Of a stretch of DNA of 64,000 bases, positions 25,342 through 39,940 are shown one piece after another. A program made the position numbers and the translations under genes. The stretch's first letter is position 1. Each line of letters begins with the position of its first letter. A model generated the notes under the pieces. It was given only the letters and a program-made list of their open reading frames with translations. It was not told the DNA's origin and made no database searches. Source of the stretch: Octopus sinensis (Eukaryota); contig NC_042998.1 of assembly GCF_006345805.1 (NCBI RefSeq), positions 125,736,001 through 125,800,000 on the forward strand, in the 5' to 3' direction.

Positions 25342-27046
25342 AAGATATAAATAGTAGCAACATGTCTTCATGGAAAGTTTGTGTAAAATATCTTAGTTGT
25401 TGTTGAATGCCATGTCAGCTTTGATCAAATAGACATGATGAAAGGAATAGTGTATTTTAGGTGGTAGACTGAATTGCCCTGGTCTTTCTGGTCTTTAACA
25501 GAGTCCACTCTGTTACAAGCATTTGGATTAGGTCTGGTTTGAGGATAACTTCTCCCCTCCCTCTCACCAGCCTTGGAGGTCCTGTAAAGGATCATGGATA
25601 TTGCCTTTCCTTGTGACTAAAAGAAAATAATCTAGGACTTGATTATCTAATGTGTCCTTTATTTTTGTTTTGAAGCAATAGCTTGTGGTATGAGGGAGAT
25701 TTGGTTGATATTTCTAGCTGATTGAGTGACCTTGTAGAAGCTCCCTCACTTAAATATCCACTATATGAAAAAATGAAATGCTATATATTTTATATTAAAA
25801 TTATTTGAGAAATATCTGTATAGAGTCATCATGTAGATAAGTATGGAAGACATACCTGAGAGATACTTATGGAATGTCTGTGGATGGTTTAAGGAGATTA
25901 AGTAAGAAAGATTTGTGTAAAAAGACTGTTTGAAAGGTCTGTGGTTGAGAAAGATATGAAAATTATGTGTGAAGTATGTGTTGAAGATCAGTAGGAGTAG
26001 TTAGGCAAAGAAGTGTCTTGGAAAATCAGTGTGATGTCTATGTGTTAAAGGTAAAGACTATAACTTAAGGATGCAAAGAAGATGAAGAGGGAAAGAAAGA
26101 AGATATTAACAGGAATTAATAATGGAAGGAAATATCAAAAGGGAAATATAGATGGAAAGAAAGTGTACAGGAAAGAAGCTGAGTGGAATAGTAGAGAAAG
26201 GAAGAGTGAAAAGTGAAAAGCAATGCAAAGTGTTCTATACTTCTATCTATCCCATTAGACTATTAAAGGGAAACAATGAGGAAGCTTTTATGTGATCATA
26301 CAACACACTACTAGAAAGAGAAGCCAAATATGCTTCAAATCACACCTTGTCATCAATAAGGAAAGGACACATTAGGTAATGTAGTTTCACATACCCTTAA
26401 AAAGACAGGATGGTCACTGCTGGAATACCTTTGATCATGGTTGACCTGGTGCTAAATAACAAGAAAAACAGCAGTAGAAGCTATGGCAACGGCAATATTA
26501 AAATCTGTGTCTTTTATTTTGGAGTGTCTTCTCCAAAATGCAAAACATCTATAAAGTGTTTTGGGATAAAAATTTGAGGTTGTCAACACCACTGATTTCT
26601 TTTCCTCTTTTACAGTAAGGGCATAATTCACAGAGTGGGAAAAGCAATTGCATATATATCTTGCTATGACTGATATCACAGGAGTTTCCAGAATGGTATC
26701 ATTCTTAAGTTGCTCTAGAAGTTGTATCTCTATAATTTAGTAATCCTAGCAAGAGTTGAAACAGGGATTTGAACCAACAAAGGATCCTCAGTGTAATCAC
26801 TTGACCTATGAGAAGTGACAAATCTCCCTCAAATCACATCCTGCCATTCCAAATAAAGGATATCTTGCATAATGTAGACTTAGATATCTCTGAAAAAGAT
26901 GAAGTGATGAAGATGGGATGTTTTTAATCATAAATCTGCTTATTCAGAGATGACCTGAGGTTAAATAATAATAACTACAACTTACAAAAGTTACACTTTT
27001 ATTAGAATTTGTGGTAGAATTGTAATCTCTTTCATCCACAAGTGAG

Positions 27047-27267
27047 AAAACTCTTTAGTATTCAAACCAGCAATATCCAGCCTAAATATGCTACCTCCTT
27101 TATGTTCAAACCAGCCAAATCCAGCCCCTTACACATACCCCACAATATCATTCCTAAAGTTAAGAGGCACATCATGGAAATCTCACAGCTAATGCATGAC
27201 TAATTCAAAATGAGGTGAATAAATAAGCATTACATCTGACAGAGCAATCTGAATGCTAAAGGGTCAA
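27047..27267 (-). mobile_element. piggyBac-like MITE family A
   Basis: Ends aatctgaatgctaaagggtcaa. Reverse homologue of 52444-52672. Confidence 0.7.
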
Positions 27268-29517
27268 ACTCAGCAAGAAAGGGTAGTGATGAGAGAAACT
27301 GAAATGAAATGGCACTTAAAATGACATATAGGGTATTTATGAATAGTCTGATAACTCTATTGAGTTGTTTTCCCACCACTAGAGAATGATTTGTCATTAC
27401 CTTCTCTAGGTTTCAGATGGTGTCTTGAGCTGAGCACAGCTAGCAAATGAAACACTCATTCCCATTATGTTCCTGTTGATTGACTACCTTATTGAACTCT
27501 ATAACATTGTGGTACCTACAAATGTTAGAGCTAGATTCAAATGTCTAAGACATAACCACAACATGCTGGTTGATACAGAATTATATACCGTCAACCTCTC
27601 AGCTGGTTGTTGCCTGATGCTTGATTCAGTCATCTGAACTGCGATGTAAGAGAAGTATCCTAAAGACTTATAAAGTTTATAATACTGACTTGTGTATATA
27701 ATTTTTGTGTATAATTATAGGATTTATGCTGATTATGTATTTAGTATTATTTATTTATATTTGTAATGAATTTTGATACAAAAAAATAATCTTTATAATA
27801 ATATTGTTATTACTTCGTTATTTTCTATTGATAATTCTATTAGACTGAGTTAGCATTTATTTATTTAGAGCATTTAGTAAATAAAGTTGAATACTATATA
27901 AACAGAAGGCATGAGAGGGAATGGTGGACAAAGTGTCTGAAATGAATAAGAAAGTATGGCAAGGAAAACTGTGGAAGGAAACAGTGGAAAAATAAATAGC
28001 AAGACGTATTTGTTGCAAATATGAAAACAACATTTTATCTTTGACAAATACCATTTTCTCTGCACCACATATTTATTTCTAGATAGCTTTATATTATATG
28101 GTCCATGCATTAAATATGTTAACATTAACACAACTATTGTGTTTCATGTGGCTGAAATCTTTGAATTATTTTATTTTTAAATTATTCTATTTCCTTACAC
28201 TAACAAATACACAACCTTGAACATTTACTTTGTAATTCTTCCATCATTATTTAAGCAAATCTAGTGAAGGCTTTGCTTTGCTGATAAAGTCAGAATAATG
28301 TCAAAACATAGATGAAGTTCTGTCCAATGTTTTGCTGAAAAATAAAAACAATCATAATAGTCATTGATGTGATTAGAATGTCACAGGAAAATATTGCAAG
28401 ATGGATCCTCCAAGCCATATCAATCAGAAAGAAACCTAGGAGAAAACCAAAAATGGTTTCATAATCATCATTTAATATTCATTTTCCATGCTGGCATGAA
28501 TTGGACAGTTTGACAGGAGCTGCCAAGTCAAAAGACTGTACCACACCCTACTGACTGCTTAGGCATGGCTTTTATGACATGATGCCTTTTATAATGCCAA
28601 CCACTTTACGGAACGTATAGCACCAGCGGCAATGAGATCACCAAATAATATACAAGGCCCCTTAACTGAATGAGGGAGTAGGATTGAAGAAGGTGGCATT
28701 GTGCCAAGTGAGAAGTTAGAGTATGAGTAAAGGAACAGCAGTAGATAAGACAGTCAAGGAGACACGTGGCTAACTCAGTAGGGGGAAGAAAGGAGAGTGA
28801 GAGGAAGAGAAGAGAGAGAGAGGATGAGGAGATGAGAGAGGATGAGAAGATGAGAGAGGAGTGTATAAAAGGGAAGTGGAACCAAGAATTGGATAGGGTG
28901 AATGGATGGGTGAGTTTGCAACATTACAAAAAGGGGAGTGAAAAGTAGAAGGCAGGAATGTAGTGAGTGGACAGAAATAAAGGTGGGGGTTGTTGGGAGG
29001 ATGGGTGAAAGAAGGGAGTGGAGTACAATGGATGGTGGGTTGGATAATATCCACAGTCTCAGTTGGCCATGCTTAGGAATCCAGCTGGAGAGTCTAATGA
29101 CAGTTGCTTCTGATAGGCTCCTATGAAGGAAGGTGCATAATGTCTCTCCATAACCCTCTCAGGAATAGTGCAGAGAAGATGGATAGATAGTCATTGATTA
29201 ATAGGGATTTTTCTCTCCACATGTATCTAATTCTAGTTAGTGTTTTAATGATGATAATGATGATCATCATCATGCTGGCATGAATTGAGGGGTTTGACTG
29301 AAAACTGGTTAGCCAGGGAGCTGCACCAGGTTCCAATCTGATTTGGCATGGTTCAGATTAGTATTTTATTGATGCCTGTGTTAAATATGTAAATTCTGAA
29401 CTAGAGGTTTGAAAATATGAAATTGAAACTATAAACCAAGAAGAAAAAGTGAAAATGAATTGTGGAAAACTTTGCTTAATGATTGATACTCTTCTTGCTT
29501 TCTTTTTTTATTTCCAG

Positions 29518-29637
29518 CTTGATGTGAAGAATTCTGCAAGTCAAGTTGAAACCTATGTTAAGGAACTGAACAGTTATTTGGAAACAATTAATTTTACTGT
29601 TGAAAACAAGACAGCTGTTCCAACAGCCCAAGTCTAT
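29518..29637 (+). CDS. CFAP206: CFAP206 coding exon (window exon 5)
   Basis: Polypyrimidine tract plus ccag|CTT acceptor; TAT|gtaagt donor. Encodes LDVKNSASQVETYVKELNSYLETINFTVENKTAVPTAQVY, containing the KTAVPT.QV motif. Confidence 0.93.
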
Positions 29638-30194
29638 GTAAGTGTTGTTGCCTGTTTGCTGTATGTCTTCTAATTATAGCACTGGGGATTCCTCAAAGGG
29701 AACACCATTGTATCATTTGGTCTGAAATTTTGTTGAGTGTATATGCACTTGTGTGTGTGTCTGTTTGTGTGCATGTGCGCACGAGTGTGTAATTATCTTC
29801 TATATACATACATGCACATGTGTATGCATACATGTATACATATATACATACACTCACACACATGAATATACACCATTGTGAACAGATGTGTGTAATTATC
29901 TTTTATACGAACCCAACAATGGGCAAGTTGAGCTGCAAAATTCAGGTAAAATTACACACAGGCATTTTTACATAAGAATTTATTCAATAACATACATACA
30001 CACAAACTAGCCATGCAACACTTGTAAAAAAGTATCACTTATTGAATGATGGTAACTTAATATGCTCATTTCAATACAATTTCAGAACTCAAACAATTAG
30101 AAAGGAAAAAATTACAGGCTATGAATAACTTAAAAGTTTAATCATAGCAAAATTTTCGAACTTTTGAAGAACAACCCCTTCTATTTAATAATCT

Positions 30195-30405
30195 TTTCTA
30201 CTCTAGGCACAAGGCCCGAAATTTTGGAGGAGGGGTCCAGTCAATAAGATCGACCCCAGTATGCAACTGGTACTTAATTAATTGACCCCAAAAGGATGAA
30301 AGGCAAAATTGACCTCAGTGGAATTTCAACTCAGAACATGGCAACAGATGGAATACTGTTAAGCATTTCACTTAGCATGCTAACGTTTCTGCCAGCTCAC
30401 CACCT
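30195..30405 (-). mobile_element. SINE family 1
   Basis: Well-preserved reverse copy starting after aataataatc. Confidence 0.85.
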
Positions 30406-30479
30406 TCCATCTATTTAATATTAGATATATATTGAAAGTAAACAGACAAATTATCCTGACTCAACACATCTGTCTTCTT

Positions 30480-31430
30480 CGTCTTCATCTTGACTATGCC
30501 CATTGTATGCTTTGGAATTATGAACTTAATAAGCAATTATATGAATTATAGATACAATCTGAACCTAAACACTTTGGATTTATGCAAAGAATAAAACTTA
30601 GTGAGATATCAAACAGCCAGAATTGGACCTTAGTGCAAAACCTCTAAATGGAAAAGAAGCCCATCCACCCTTCAACAGGTCTTGTTTTTAATCCTGTTGT
30701 GTGTCCAGATATCCACCTCACAAGAGAAGCAAGCTACTCAAGTGTGGGAGCCAGTTTAGTTGTGAACCACTTGACCATGGAAATGGTAGTACTAGTTTAC
30801 ACGGTACCAGTAACAGGTTTCATCAGTCTGTGATAAGATTCCTGACCTGACAATATTGAACACCTACTAATTAACAAAATAAGAAAGAAATATAAAGAAC
30901 CATAGAAACATGGCTATAGCATGGCTGTACTACCAAAAAGCCCTTTGACAGTACACCACATGAATGAATTATCCCAGCACTGCAATTAGCCACAATTCCA
31001 CTACCACTAGTAGCTGCCATCCACCATCTAACCCAAAATGAATACAGCTCCCTACTCCTTAGAGGTAACAACTGAGACATCAATTTTGCCACTATATGTC
31101 ATAAAAAAGCATCTGTCAGAGTAATAGTTTGTGAGTACTACTCTTTGTTCCTTCATTAAACCTCTTACCATATGTAATCACAAAATATTGCAACTATAGG
31201 AATAGCTCCATCACTCACCTTTTCTTTGTTGATGATCTGAAGCTGTATGTGCCAAGTGTTAACCACACCAAAATGCAACTGGATCTCCATAACCCAGTTC
31301 TTTAAAAACATTGCAATGAAATTTGGTGAGTTCAAATGTGCATTTCTGGCATTAAACTGTGGGGAACTTGTGCCTCTCTCCAAGACACTAAGCATGAATT
31401 ACCTAATGCCAATAACAATGGAACAATAAA
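30480..31430 (+). mobile_element. Old R4/Dong-like relic with an RT fragment
   Basis: ITHLFFVDDLKLY...KMQLD...FFKNIAMKFGEFKCA at about 31205-31350 (YMDD-type motif). Upstream fragments are broken. Confidence 0.65.
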
Positions 31431-33468
31431 ACAATTTATGTCATAGTAAAGTATGACTGTTTAGAAATATCAAATATAAAATATAACCCCACCCACAACA
31501 GATTAGATAAACAAAATCTTCTGTGATTTTAGATAGAGAATAGCAATCTATCAAGTAGACAGAATGAAAAATTTAGCAAAATAAGATATGAATGATATGA
31601 TAAGAGGCTGCATAGAAGACAACTACTGAATTGACCAATGAAAAACAGAACATTCAATTAATTAGCAAATGAAACAACAACAGCCTGTATACAATGCCTT
31701 AATAGTAGATCAACATAAGAAACTAGCCAATGAAACTATTGCCATAGAAAAAAAAAGTGATCTTGCTCCAATGCAGATAAAACTAATTCAAATACTGAAA
31801 GAAGAAAGTTCTTGATTGAAGATCATAGTGGCATGAAATTCAAGTTGAGAAAAAAAGAATTAATTTCAAATGATATATTCGTCATGAATTGAGTATTGTG
31901 TCCCACTTTCATTAAACATCTGAACACACACACACATGTTTACATATATTCAACTACTTGTTTACAAATGTAAACTATGATATGAATGTTTATATTAGAT
32001 ATTTAGTTATCTATACATCCATCTATCTATTTACATATCTCTGTGTGTCTGCCTGTTTATCTGTTGGTTTGTCTTCCTGATTGTTTATCTCTTTTTCACT
32101 GTGTCCATTTGTCATTGAGTGTGCATGCTTATGCATTTAATTCTATGTGAATGTGTGTCTGTCTGTCTCTCATCATATTTTTGTCTCTCCTCTATCACAC
32201 ATTTCTCTAGAATTTGCAGTTTTAAGACATTATTAATAAAAAGAAATAAGGAAATTATAAATGAATAATATAAGAACTACAACAACAAAAAATAATTTAC
32301 CTACTTCATCTCTACAGAATCAATAATACAGTATAGTTAGAATGAAAGCATGTGGTGAAAGAAGACAAAAATTTAGAATTCAGAATTTTCCAGGAATTGA
32401 AAATGCTTACAAATTTAATCACTAAGATAACTTCATATGACAGCTATATAAATTTGAAGGATGTAATGATAACATTCCAACTTCCTCCAACACGATAAAT
32501 AAATGGATAGATAAATAAATAAACAAATAAAATAAAAAGTTTTTACTCAGTTACAAATTACCTTTTGTATATTTTTGTAGGATATGGGATGGGAGGCTAT
32601 TTAAAAATTTACATTTTTGCATAACTTTGAGGAATCTTAACAAAAGAACTTGCCAATAACTGTCCAAACATGCAAGTCTTGATGTTTTGTTTCTGTTTGT
32701 TTGTTATTATATTGTTAGTTCAAAGAAGAGAGGTTAGGTGCTTGAAAAATTTAAGGGTATTCTTGCCTAGCATGAGATTAAATATAGTGATGTCTAGATG
32801 CCTATTTGTTGAAGTTGTTAAAGGCTCCTGTCTGGTTGAAAAATAAAAATATGGGTGGAAAAGAAAAGGCTGTTCTGGAGAAAAGGTGGATAGAATAGTG
32901 TTGGCATGAAAAAACAAATAAAGAGGTGAGGGTAATGAGTTCAATTTAAGTGTTTGGTATAAAACATTTACAAAGTGGAATTAATTAGTTTGCCATGACG
33001 AAGAGAGGAAGCTTGATGTTGTGTGCAGAAAAAAATTTTGGAGAAAAATTGTTTCCTGATATTGCTGAATATAGCCTGAAGCTGTTTCTAGCTGTCAAGA
33101 GTCCATCATTGAAAAGACCAAAGAAGGTCAAAATCACGTGATCGGGTAGTCTTAGTGCTAGTGGTGGCAGGGATTAATCTTCCCTGTTAGCAATATAGAT
33201 AAGAGGACCTTTTGCTCCAAAAGCCAATACGAGAGATTTCCTCATGGTAACTACCGCTGTAAAGTTTGTTCTATAACCATTCAGTATTAATACTGCCTCT
33301 GTCACTAATAGATATGAAGTTAGTAAGTTTAATGGGACAAAAGCTGTTGTTGTAGTGAAACTAAGAGAAGGCAGATATAAGTCAAAGGTTACTGGGATCA
33401 TCATTCTAAAACAAAATGTTTGGAAAATTGCCAGACGGATGACACTGTAATATATTGAGACTAGATTT

Positions 33469-33778
33469 GTGTTGTGTGTTGTTCCTTCTCGAGCCATGCC
33501 TTGCTTATAAGGGCCGGTTTTCCCAGTTTCCTTGGCGTATAGGTTCCCACCTGGACAGGATGCCGGTCCATCGCAGGTGAGCTGCTAGATGCAGGAGAAA
33601 AGAGTGAGAGAAAGTTGTGGCGAAAGAGTCAGCAGAAGTTCACCATTACCTTTTGCCAAAGCCGCATGGAGCTTAGGTGTTTTGCTCATAAACACACACA
33701 CTGCCCGGTCCGAAATTCGAACCTGCGATCCCTCGACCACCTCTCCGCTGCTCTAACCACTAGGCCATGTGCCTCCAC
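33469..33778 (-). mobile_element. Full-length SINE family 2
   Basis: Homologous end to end with 13034-13333. TSD agactagattt on both sides. Confidence 0.9.
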
Positions 33779-34492
33779 AGACTAGATTTAGCTTGGTTAT
33801 ATTCAACATCTTCTATGGTATATTTAACAATAAAAAATTTGAAGGGACAAGGCTTAAGTAAAACGAAATGGCTGAGCAAGGAATAAGATAGGCGTTCAGA
33901 AGTAGATTTTTTGGAGGAAGATTTCTTTTTGTTTATTCATTAATTAATGTTACATTTGCTTTTCTGCGCTAGTATGGGTTTAATGAATATATATCAAGGT
34001 ATTGTTATATATATACATACATTCATATGTGTGTATGTATGTGTGCATGTATGTATGTATATATGTATGTGTGTGTATGTGCGTGTGTGTGTGTGTCTGC
34101 TGAAATGAATTGACAGGTCCACATATAACATCCCAAGGTACATCCTTTTTTTCTCTGATGAAATTATGTTCATGTCACATGAATGCAAATTTAATGTACA
34201 AATTTGTAATTAAATTATTGAGTACTAATTGAAACAGCTGTTACAAGCGAAGATGACCAATTTGTTAATAATGGATGATTGTTAACTTCCCTATCTACAT
34301 TTTCTTTTCTTCTTTTAACTGGATATAAACTATATGCTTAATATACACCTATTGTTTTAAGGGAATTTGATTCCCCCCCAAATACTAGGTATTGAACCAG
34401 TATTTCCTTGGATGCAACCATCCCTTCATGAAGTTAATATATCCTCTAATTAAATATATATATGTATGTATGTATGTATTGTTTCATTGCAG

Positions 34493-34597
34493 CCACAATT
34501 TATTCATCTGGCCCAGTTGTGGAATTATTTACAAGAGGAAATGGTACTTTTGAGTGTGTACAGCAATGTGGCAACTTCTCTGGGCTCCTTCTCAAAA
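34493..34597 (+). CDS. CFAP206: CFAP206 coding exon (window exon 6)
   Basis: ttgcag|CCA acceptor and AAA|gtaagt donor. Encodes PQFIHLAQLWNYLQEEMVLLSVYSNVATSLGSFSK (cf. PIFIALSTLWTSLQDE). Confidence 0.92.
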
Positions 34598-35004
34598 GTA
34601 AGTATTTATATATGTACTCACTTCATTATCATTGTAATTATTGTTACCATCGTTGTCGTCATCATCATCATTTAATATCCATTTTCCATACTGATGGTTG
34701 GACAACAACTGGCTAATCAGATAACTTCACCAAACTCTACTCTCTATTTTGGTATGATTTTGTATGAGTGGATGCCCTTCCTAACATCAACCACTTTATA
34801 GTGTGTACTGGGTGTTTTTTTTACATGGTATTAGCAGCAGTAATCATTATTGGCTTCATTCAAAACACCTTCATGTTCAAAGTATATCATTTGCGTTTGT
34901 GTTGCTTTTGTATTTATAAGGTCACACTCTAGCCTTTCATCATCTGGCACAAGATCACCTCCTCCAGTACCCCACCCTCTCAAAAGATCTTTGTCTTGCA
35001 AGTT

Positions 35005-35235
35005 ACTTGGTGACCCTACCAGTGTTGGTGCCATGTAAAAAGCACTCACACTCTACGGAGTGGTTGGTGTTAGGAAGGGCATACAGCCCCCCCCCCAAAA
35101 AAAAAAACATGCCAAAACAGACACAAAAGTCTAGTGCAATCTTCTGCCTGGCCAGCTCTTGTCGAACTGTCCAACCCCTGCCAGTATGATAAGTGGATAT
35201 TAAACAACAACAAGGATGACAACGATGATGATGAA
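35005..35235 (+). mobile_element. (GAT)n-tailed short retroposon
   Basis: ggtgccatgtaaaaagcac...gttaggaagggcat...gtccaacccctgccag...gatgatgatg. Confidence 0.75.
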
Positions 35236-35569
35236 GGTAGTCTGAAAAAGGAAGAGGCAGTGCCAATATTCTTATTAGACTAGTAAGATGGAATCAGTTG
35301 ATAGTTCCATTCAACGGCTATGGGATAGAATTCCAAAGGGTTACACTTCTAATGGGGTAAGATTGGCTAAAGTGATTATTATAGAAGCTGGATATGAGAC
35401 ACAGTAGATGATGGTTTTGGAAAGAAGAGTATTCTACATGTACCTCAAGAAATTCTTTGAAGAACTCCAAATATAATTTATTATTTTCAATGCTTTTAGT
35501 TATTGGATTGTACCCATTCAGGAGTATTACCTTCTAACGTATAGTCAATTATATCAATCTCAGTAATTA

Positions 35570-36791
35570 TCAGGCCATTAAGAATGAAATATCCAATTTT
35601 CTTATGCACCAAGTTTGACAGTCATTAACTCTAATGTTTTATTCTGACAATTCTTTGTTTTACAACATTCATGGTGTCTGATTATATTGTGAGTTTTCTC
35701 TTGTAAATCAATTTTTGTGATCCCATGGCTAGATCAAAACTTTGTGTTGTTTATGAATATAAGTTCCATCTTGGAACCAATGCATTCCAGACAGCTCGAA
35801 ACATCAATGAGGTGTTTGGTGAAGATGTGGCAATGTATGTTGATGGTTTGAGAAGTTCCACTCTGGTGACTTTACTTTTGAAAATCAGCCCTGTGGTAGA
35901 CCTGAGACTAAGGTGGATAATGATGAGCTGGAAACTATAGTGGAAGTAGATACATCTCAAACTATATGTGAGTTAGCAGCAACATTTGATATTTCAGTTC
36001 CAACTGTATTGGGCCATCTGAAACAAACTGGCAAGGGAAAGAAGCTGGACAAGTGTATACCACACAAACTGAATGACCATCAAATGAGACAGCATCTTGA
36101 AACTTGCATAAAAGCAAATCATTTTTGCATCATATTGTTATGAGTGATGAAAAATGGACCTTTTTCAACAATAGCAAGCATTCTGTATGGTGGCTGGATA
36201 GAAACGAAGTGCCAAAACACAGTCCAAAAAAGAATATCCATCAGAAAAAGCTAATGGTGTCTGTTTGGTAGTCCAGCACTGGTGTCATCCACTACCGTTT
36301 CATGAGACCTGGTAAGTTAATTACAGTGGATGTATACATCAACCAGTTGGATGAAATGATGAGTGAACTTGCTATTAAATAACCGAGATTGGTCAATAGA
36401 GACAGGATGATTCTCTTGCAAGACAATGCTCAGCCACATGTTACACAAAGAACACTGCTCAAGTTACAGGAATTGAACTTGGAAGTACTCTGTCATCCAC
36501 CATATTTACCAGATCTTGCACCAGCTGACTATCACATTTTCCAGGCATTAGACAACTTTTTGCAAGGAAAAACTTCAAATCTGAAGAAGATGCAAAAATA
36601 GCCTTTCGTGATTTAATCACCTCTTGCCCTCCAGAATTCTTCCCTGCCAGCATAAATAAGCTATCAAGAAAATGGCAAAATTGTGTCGATAATTTAGGTG
36701 CATACTTTAATTAACTGCATTACTTTTTGCTGAGATAAAGTAAAATAAACTTTCAGTTCAAAATTGGATATTTCATTCTTTAATGACCTGA
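35570..36791 (+). mobile_element. Full-length decayed mariner transposon
   Basis: TA|TCAGGCCATTAGAATGAAATATCCAATTTT...AAAATTGGATATTTCATTCTTTAATGACCTGA|TA. Fragments include VYEYKFHLGTNAFQTARNINEVFGED, PHKLN, DEKW, LLQDNAQPH and HPPYLPDLAPADYH. Confidence 0.92.
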
Positions 36792-37825
36792 TATTTTACC
36801 ATGTGGTGCTTATTTCATTGGTAAAAAGTCATAAGTGGAATGGAGCTGGACTTGAAGTGACTATGTAGCTAAACACATAAGGTGCTTTTGTCCAACATTC
36901 TACTAATTCTACCTCTCTCTCTCTCTCTCTCACTCTCTCTCTTTCATACACAAATACACACACACACACGTACACACACTACATTACTATCTTCAATCCT
37001 AAGACTCTTAGAGCCAGTTGCTTGCTTTCCATGATGTTATAAGTGAACAAGATCATACTCTCCCAGAATGGACTGGAATGATATGAAATGAAGTGTTTTC
37101 CCCAAGAATATGATGCACTGCTGAACTGGGAAAGCAGTCAACACTTTTAGTTGGAGTTGCAAATATGTAGTTATTTAATATACAAGTTGACTCAGCTCCA
37201 ACAATACTTAAAGTTTCTCAGATGTACAGAGTCAGAGTTGTAGCAAACCCAACTGGAGAGAAAGGGAAATAAGTGAGAGTTGCATTTCTTACTTCACTAC
37301 AGGATATTCTGGAATAGGCTGCAACTCCCGGTAGGAATGCCGACACGTTGCCTTACCACTGTTTGATATAAAAAGTGAAGCATCATGAAATTCTCTCTCT
37401 TCCTCTTCTTGCCTAGCTCAGACACACACAGCTAACCTGATGTCTCGGACTTGCAACAATGAGCTCTATATTAGCAGCCTTTAGATAAAATAACATGTTT
37501 GTATATATCTACTCTGTATTGCATGCATTCGCCTTTGTACCACTCAAGTTGATATAAATATAGCATGTATTCAGAAACTGTCAGAACACACCATTTGGAA
37601 AACCCACATGCCATTCACTAAAGAGTGAAGAGAATTTAATAGAACTTTTTAAATGGCTTCTAGGTGAGAATATTTGGGCCTATATTGGTCAGTTTAGTTC
37701 ATTGGTTAAGCAGCAACAGTAGTTGCTTCCATTATGTACTCCACAAGGTAGAGCAGACAGTATATCAATATTTGGTAGTCAAAGGATTGAGGGATGTGTA
37801 CAGTTCAGTGATGATATTTATATAG

Positions 37826-37859
<34 letters not shown>

Positions 37860-38499
37860 ATGTATGTATGTATGTAGTATGTATGTATGTATGTATGTGT
37901 GCACATGCATGTGTGTATGTGTGCACATGCAGGTGTGTGTGTGCACAAGCATGTGTGTGTGTATGTGAATATAAATATAAATATGTGTGTATAAAGAAAA
38001 GAAAAGTTGAAAATAAACTTGGAGTCTTTAAAAAGATTTACTTATATTTACATAACAAGTTTCACAATTTCCAGGAGTAGTGAGATATAGAACAACCTGG
38101 ATCTATGCCATATTAGTATCACACTCTGATTGGAGTCAAAAACTTTGCTCCTTCTTTATGGCTCAAATTGCCATCAGTTGTGGTGAATAGTCATGAGATC
38201 AGGTCATATTACTGTATGAATGATAATTGTGCCCTGAGTGAAAGCTGTCTTAATCCAGTAAATATGTAATGTGATAGCATGAATAGCAGATTGTCAGAAT
38301 AGCTGAAAACAGAAAAATGGCTAATTTGTTTGTATATATGGTTTTCTATACTTATGTATGTGAGAACTACAATATTGTAGTTCTTTTGTTTTGATATATC
38401 GTTATAGCTTATTCAGTATTGTTATTTGTTTGTTGCACATGGTGTTGTTGTATTTAAGAAGACTTTAACTAATTCTCTATTTTTCTGCTGAACTAACAG

Positions 38500-38586
38500 G
38501 TCCACACTAATATTTTCACTGATTCTGTTATGAATCCACTGTTGAAAGGAATCGAGATAACAAATGACCTCGCAAGAATGTCTTCA
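38500..38586 (+). CDS. CFAP206: CFAP206 coding exon (window exon 7)
   Basis: ctaacag|GTC acceptor and TCA|gtaagt donor. Encodes VHTNIFTDSVMNPLLKGIEITNDLARMSS. Divergent, but the position, length and phase 0 to 0 fit the gap between exons 6 and 8. Confidence 0.8.
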
Positions 38587-39779
38587 GTAAGTCCTGTTTT
38601 ACATTTCTAAAACCAAAGTGTTATTAAAGGAACTGAATGTTGTTAATTCTGACAGGTAAAAGATTGGCACTTGTTTTCATACAACAATCTTTTTATACCA
38701 AAACACTTCATTGATATCATTTGCTTATAGCTTTAGGAATAATAATGATTTAAAGTAGTCATCTATTGACAACTAGTAGATTACTAGGGGTCTTGGTGAT
38801 GCTATTTACTAACAAACCAAGGTATTAGTGGTGACTTATTTTATTAACTGACCTTTGACTGTGGCACTAAGACCTCCTTGCTAAGTTGTCCACTTATGGT
38901 TCCATCTGCCTCTCCCCTCTTGCATCATAAATTTCCAGTCAGACCATTGGATTGCATTATGCACTAACTTTGGTGTGCCACAAAGTCTTTTATTTCTTCC
39001 ACACACTTCCTTCATTCATGAATCACTCCCTAACTATTAATTCTAATCACACACAGGCACCTAATGCACTTGATATCACCCATCTCTTCCCTGTAACTTT
39101 CAGCACATAGACAGCATCAATATGCAATATAGACACATTACATCAGACTTCCATGGAGACCTTGAAGACATCCAACAAATAAAGAGATGAAAACCTGATC
39201 TACTTCACCAGCACAAAAACTCGGAGCATAATCTCCTTCAACAATACCAGGAGTCAGAATATAATCTCATTGACTTGCATAAAGATTTAGTCCCTACACA
39301 CACCAGGGAAACAGTCTTGAACTGATATCATTGATAATGATTTTAATGATATTGGTATTAAGAATGCTATGATATCAGTGGCCTTTTTTGTCTTGCCTGC
39401 TCTCATATTTCCATTTGCTGCTCGGATGCATTATAGAAAGGTAAATCAACCTCAGTATTTTATTAAACTTTATTTTATTAAACTTGGAAGGAGGAAAGAC
39501 AAAGATGACCATGGCAAGATTTGAACTCCGAACATAAATGGTCATGACTAAACACTGCAAGACATTTTGTCCGAATCTCTGATGACTCTGCTGATTGGTG
39601 ACAATACTGATGGTGATGTTAGGTGGTGCCACTACTACAGTTCCTTCTACTCATGGAGTGAAGGAAGCAGAAAGGTGGGAATGGAAACATTAAGTTTTAA
39701 ATGGCTGTTATTTTATGAGCTTCATTTTGGATTTACTTCTGGCTTATTGTTAGTGATGATAGTGGCAATAATAATGTTG

Positions 39780-39940
39780 ACGATGATGATGGCATTGATG
39801 ATGATGGCATTGATGATGATGGCATTGATGATGATGGCATTGATGATGACAGTGATGGTGGTGGTGGTGGCGACGGCGGCGGTGGTGGTGGTGGCGGTGG
39901 TGGTGGTGGCAATGGTGTTGGTGGTAGTGGTGGTGGTTAG
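39780..39940. repeat. (GATGATGGCATT)n grading into (GGT/GGC)n
   Basis: A 12-bp unit about four times, then trinucleotide runs. Confidence 0.85.

Noticed and set aside
25840-26250. Purine-rich stretches (also 28760-29050, 32720-32944) as possible coding relics
   Set aside because: No motif could be assigned confidently; treated as old unclassified repeat debris.
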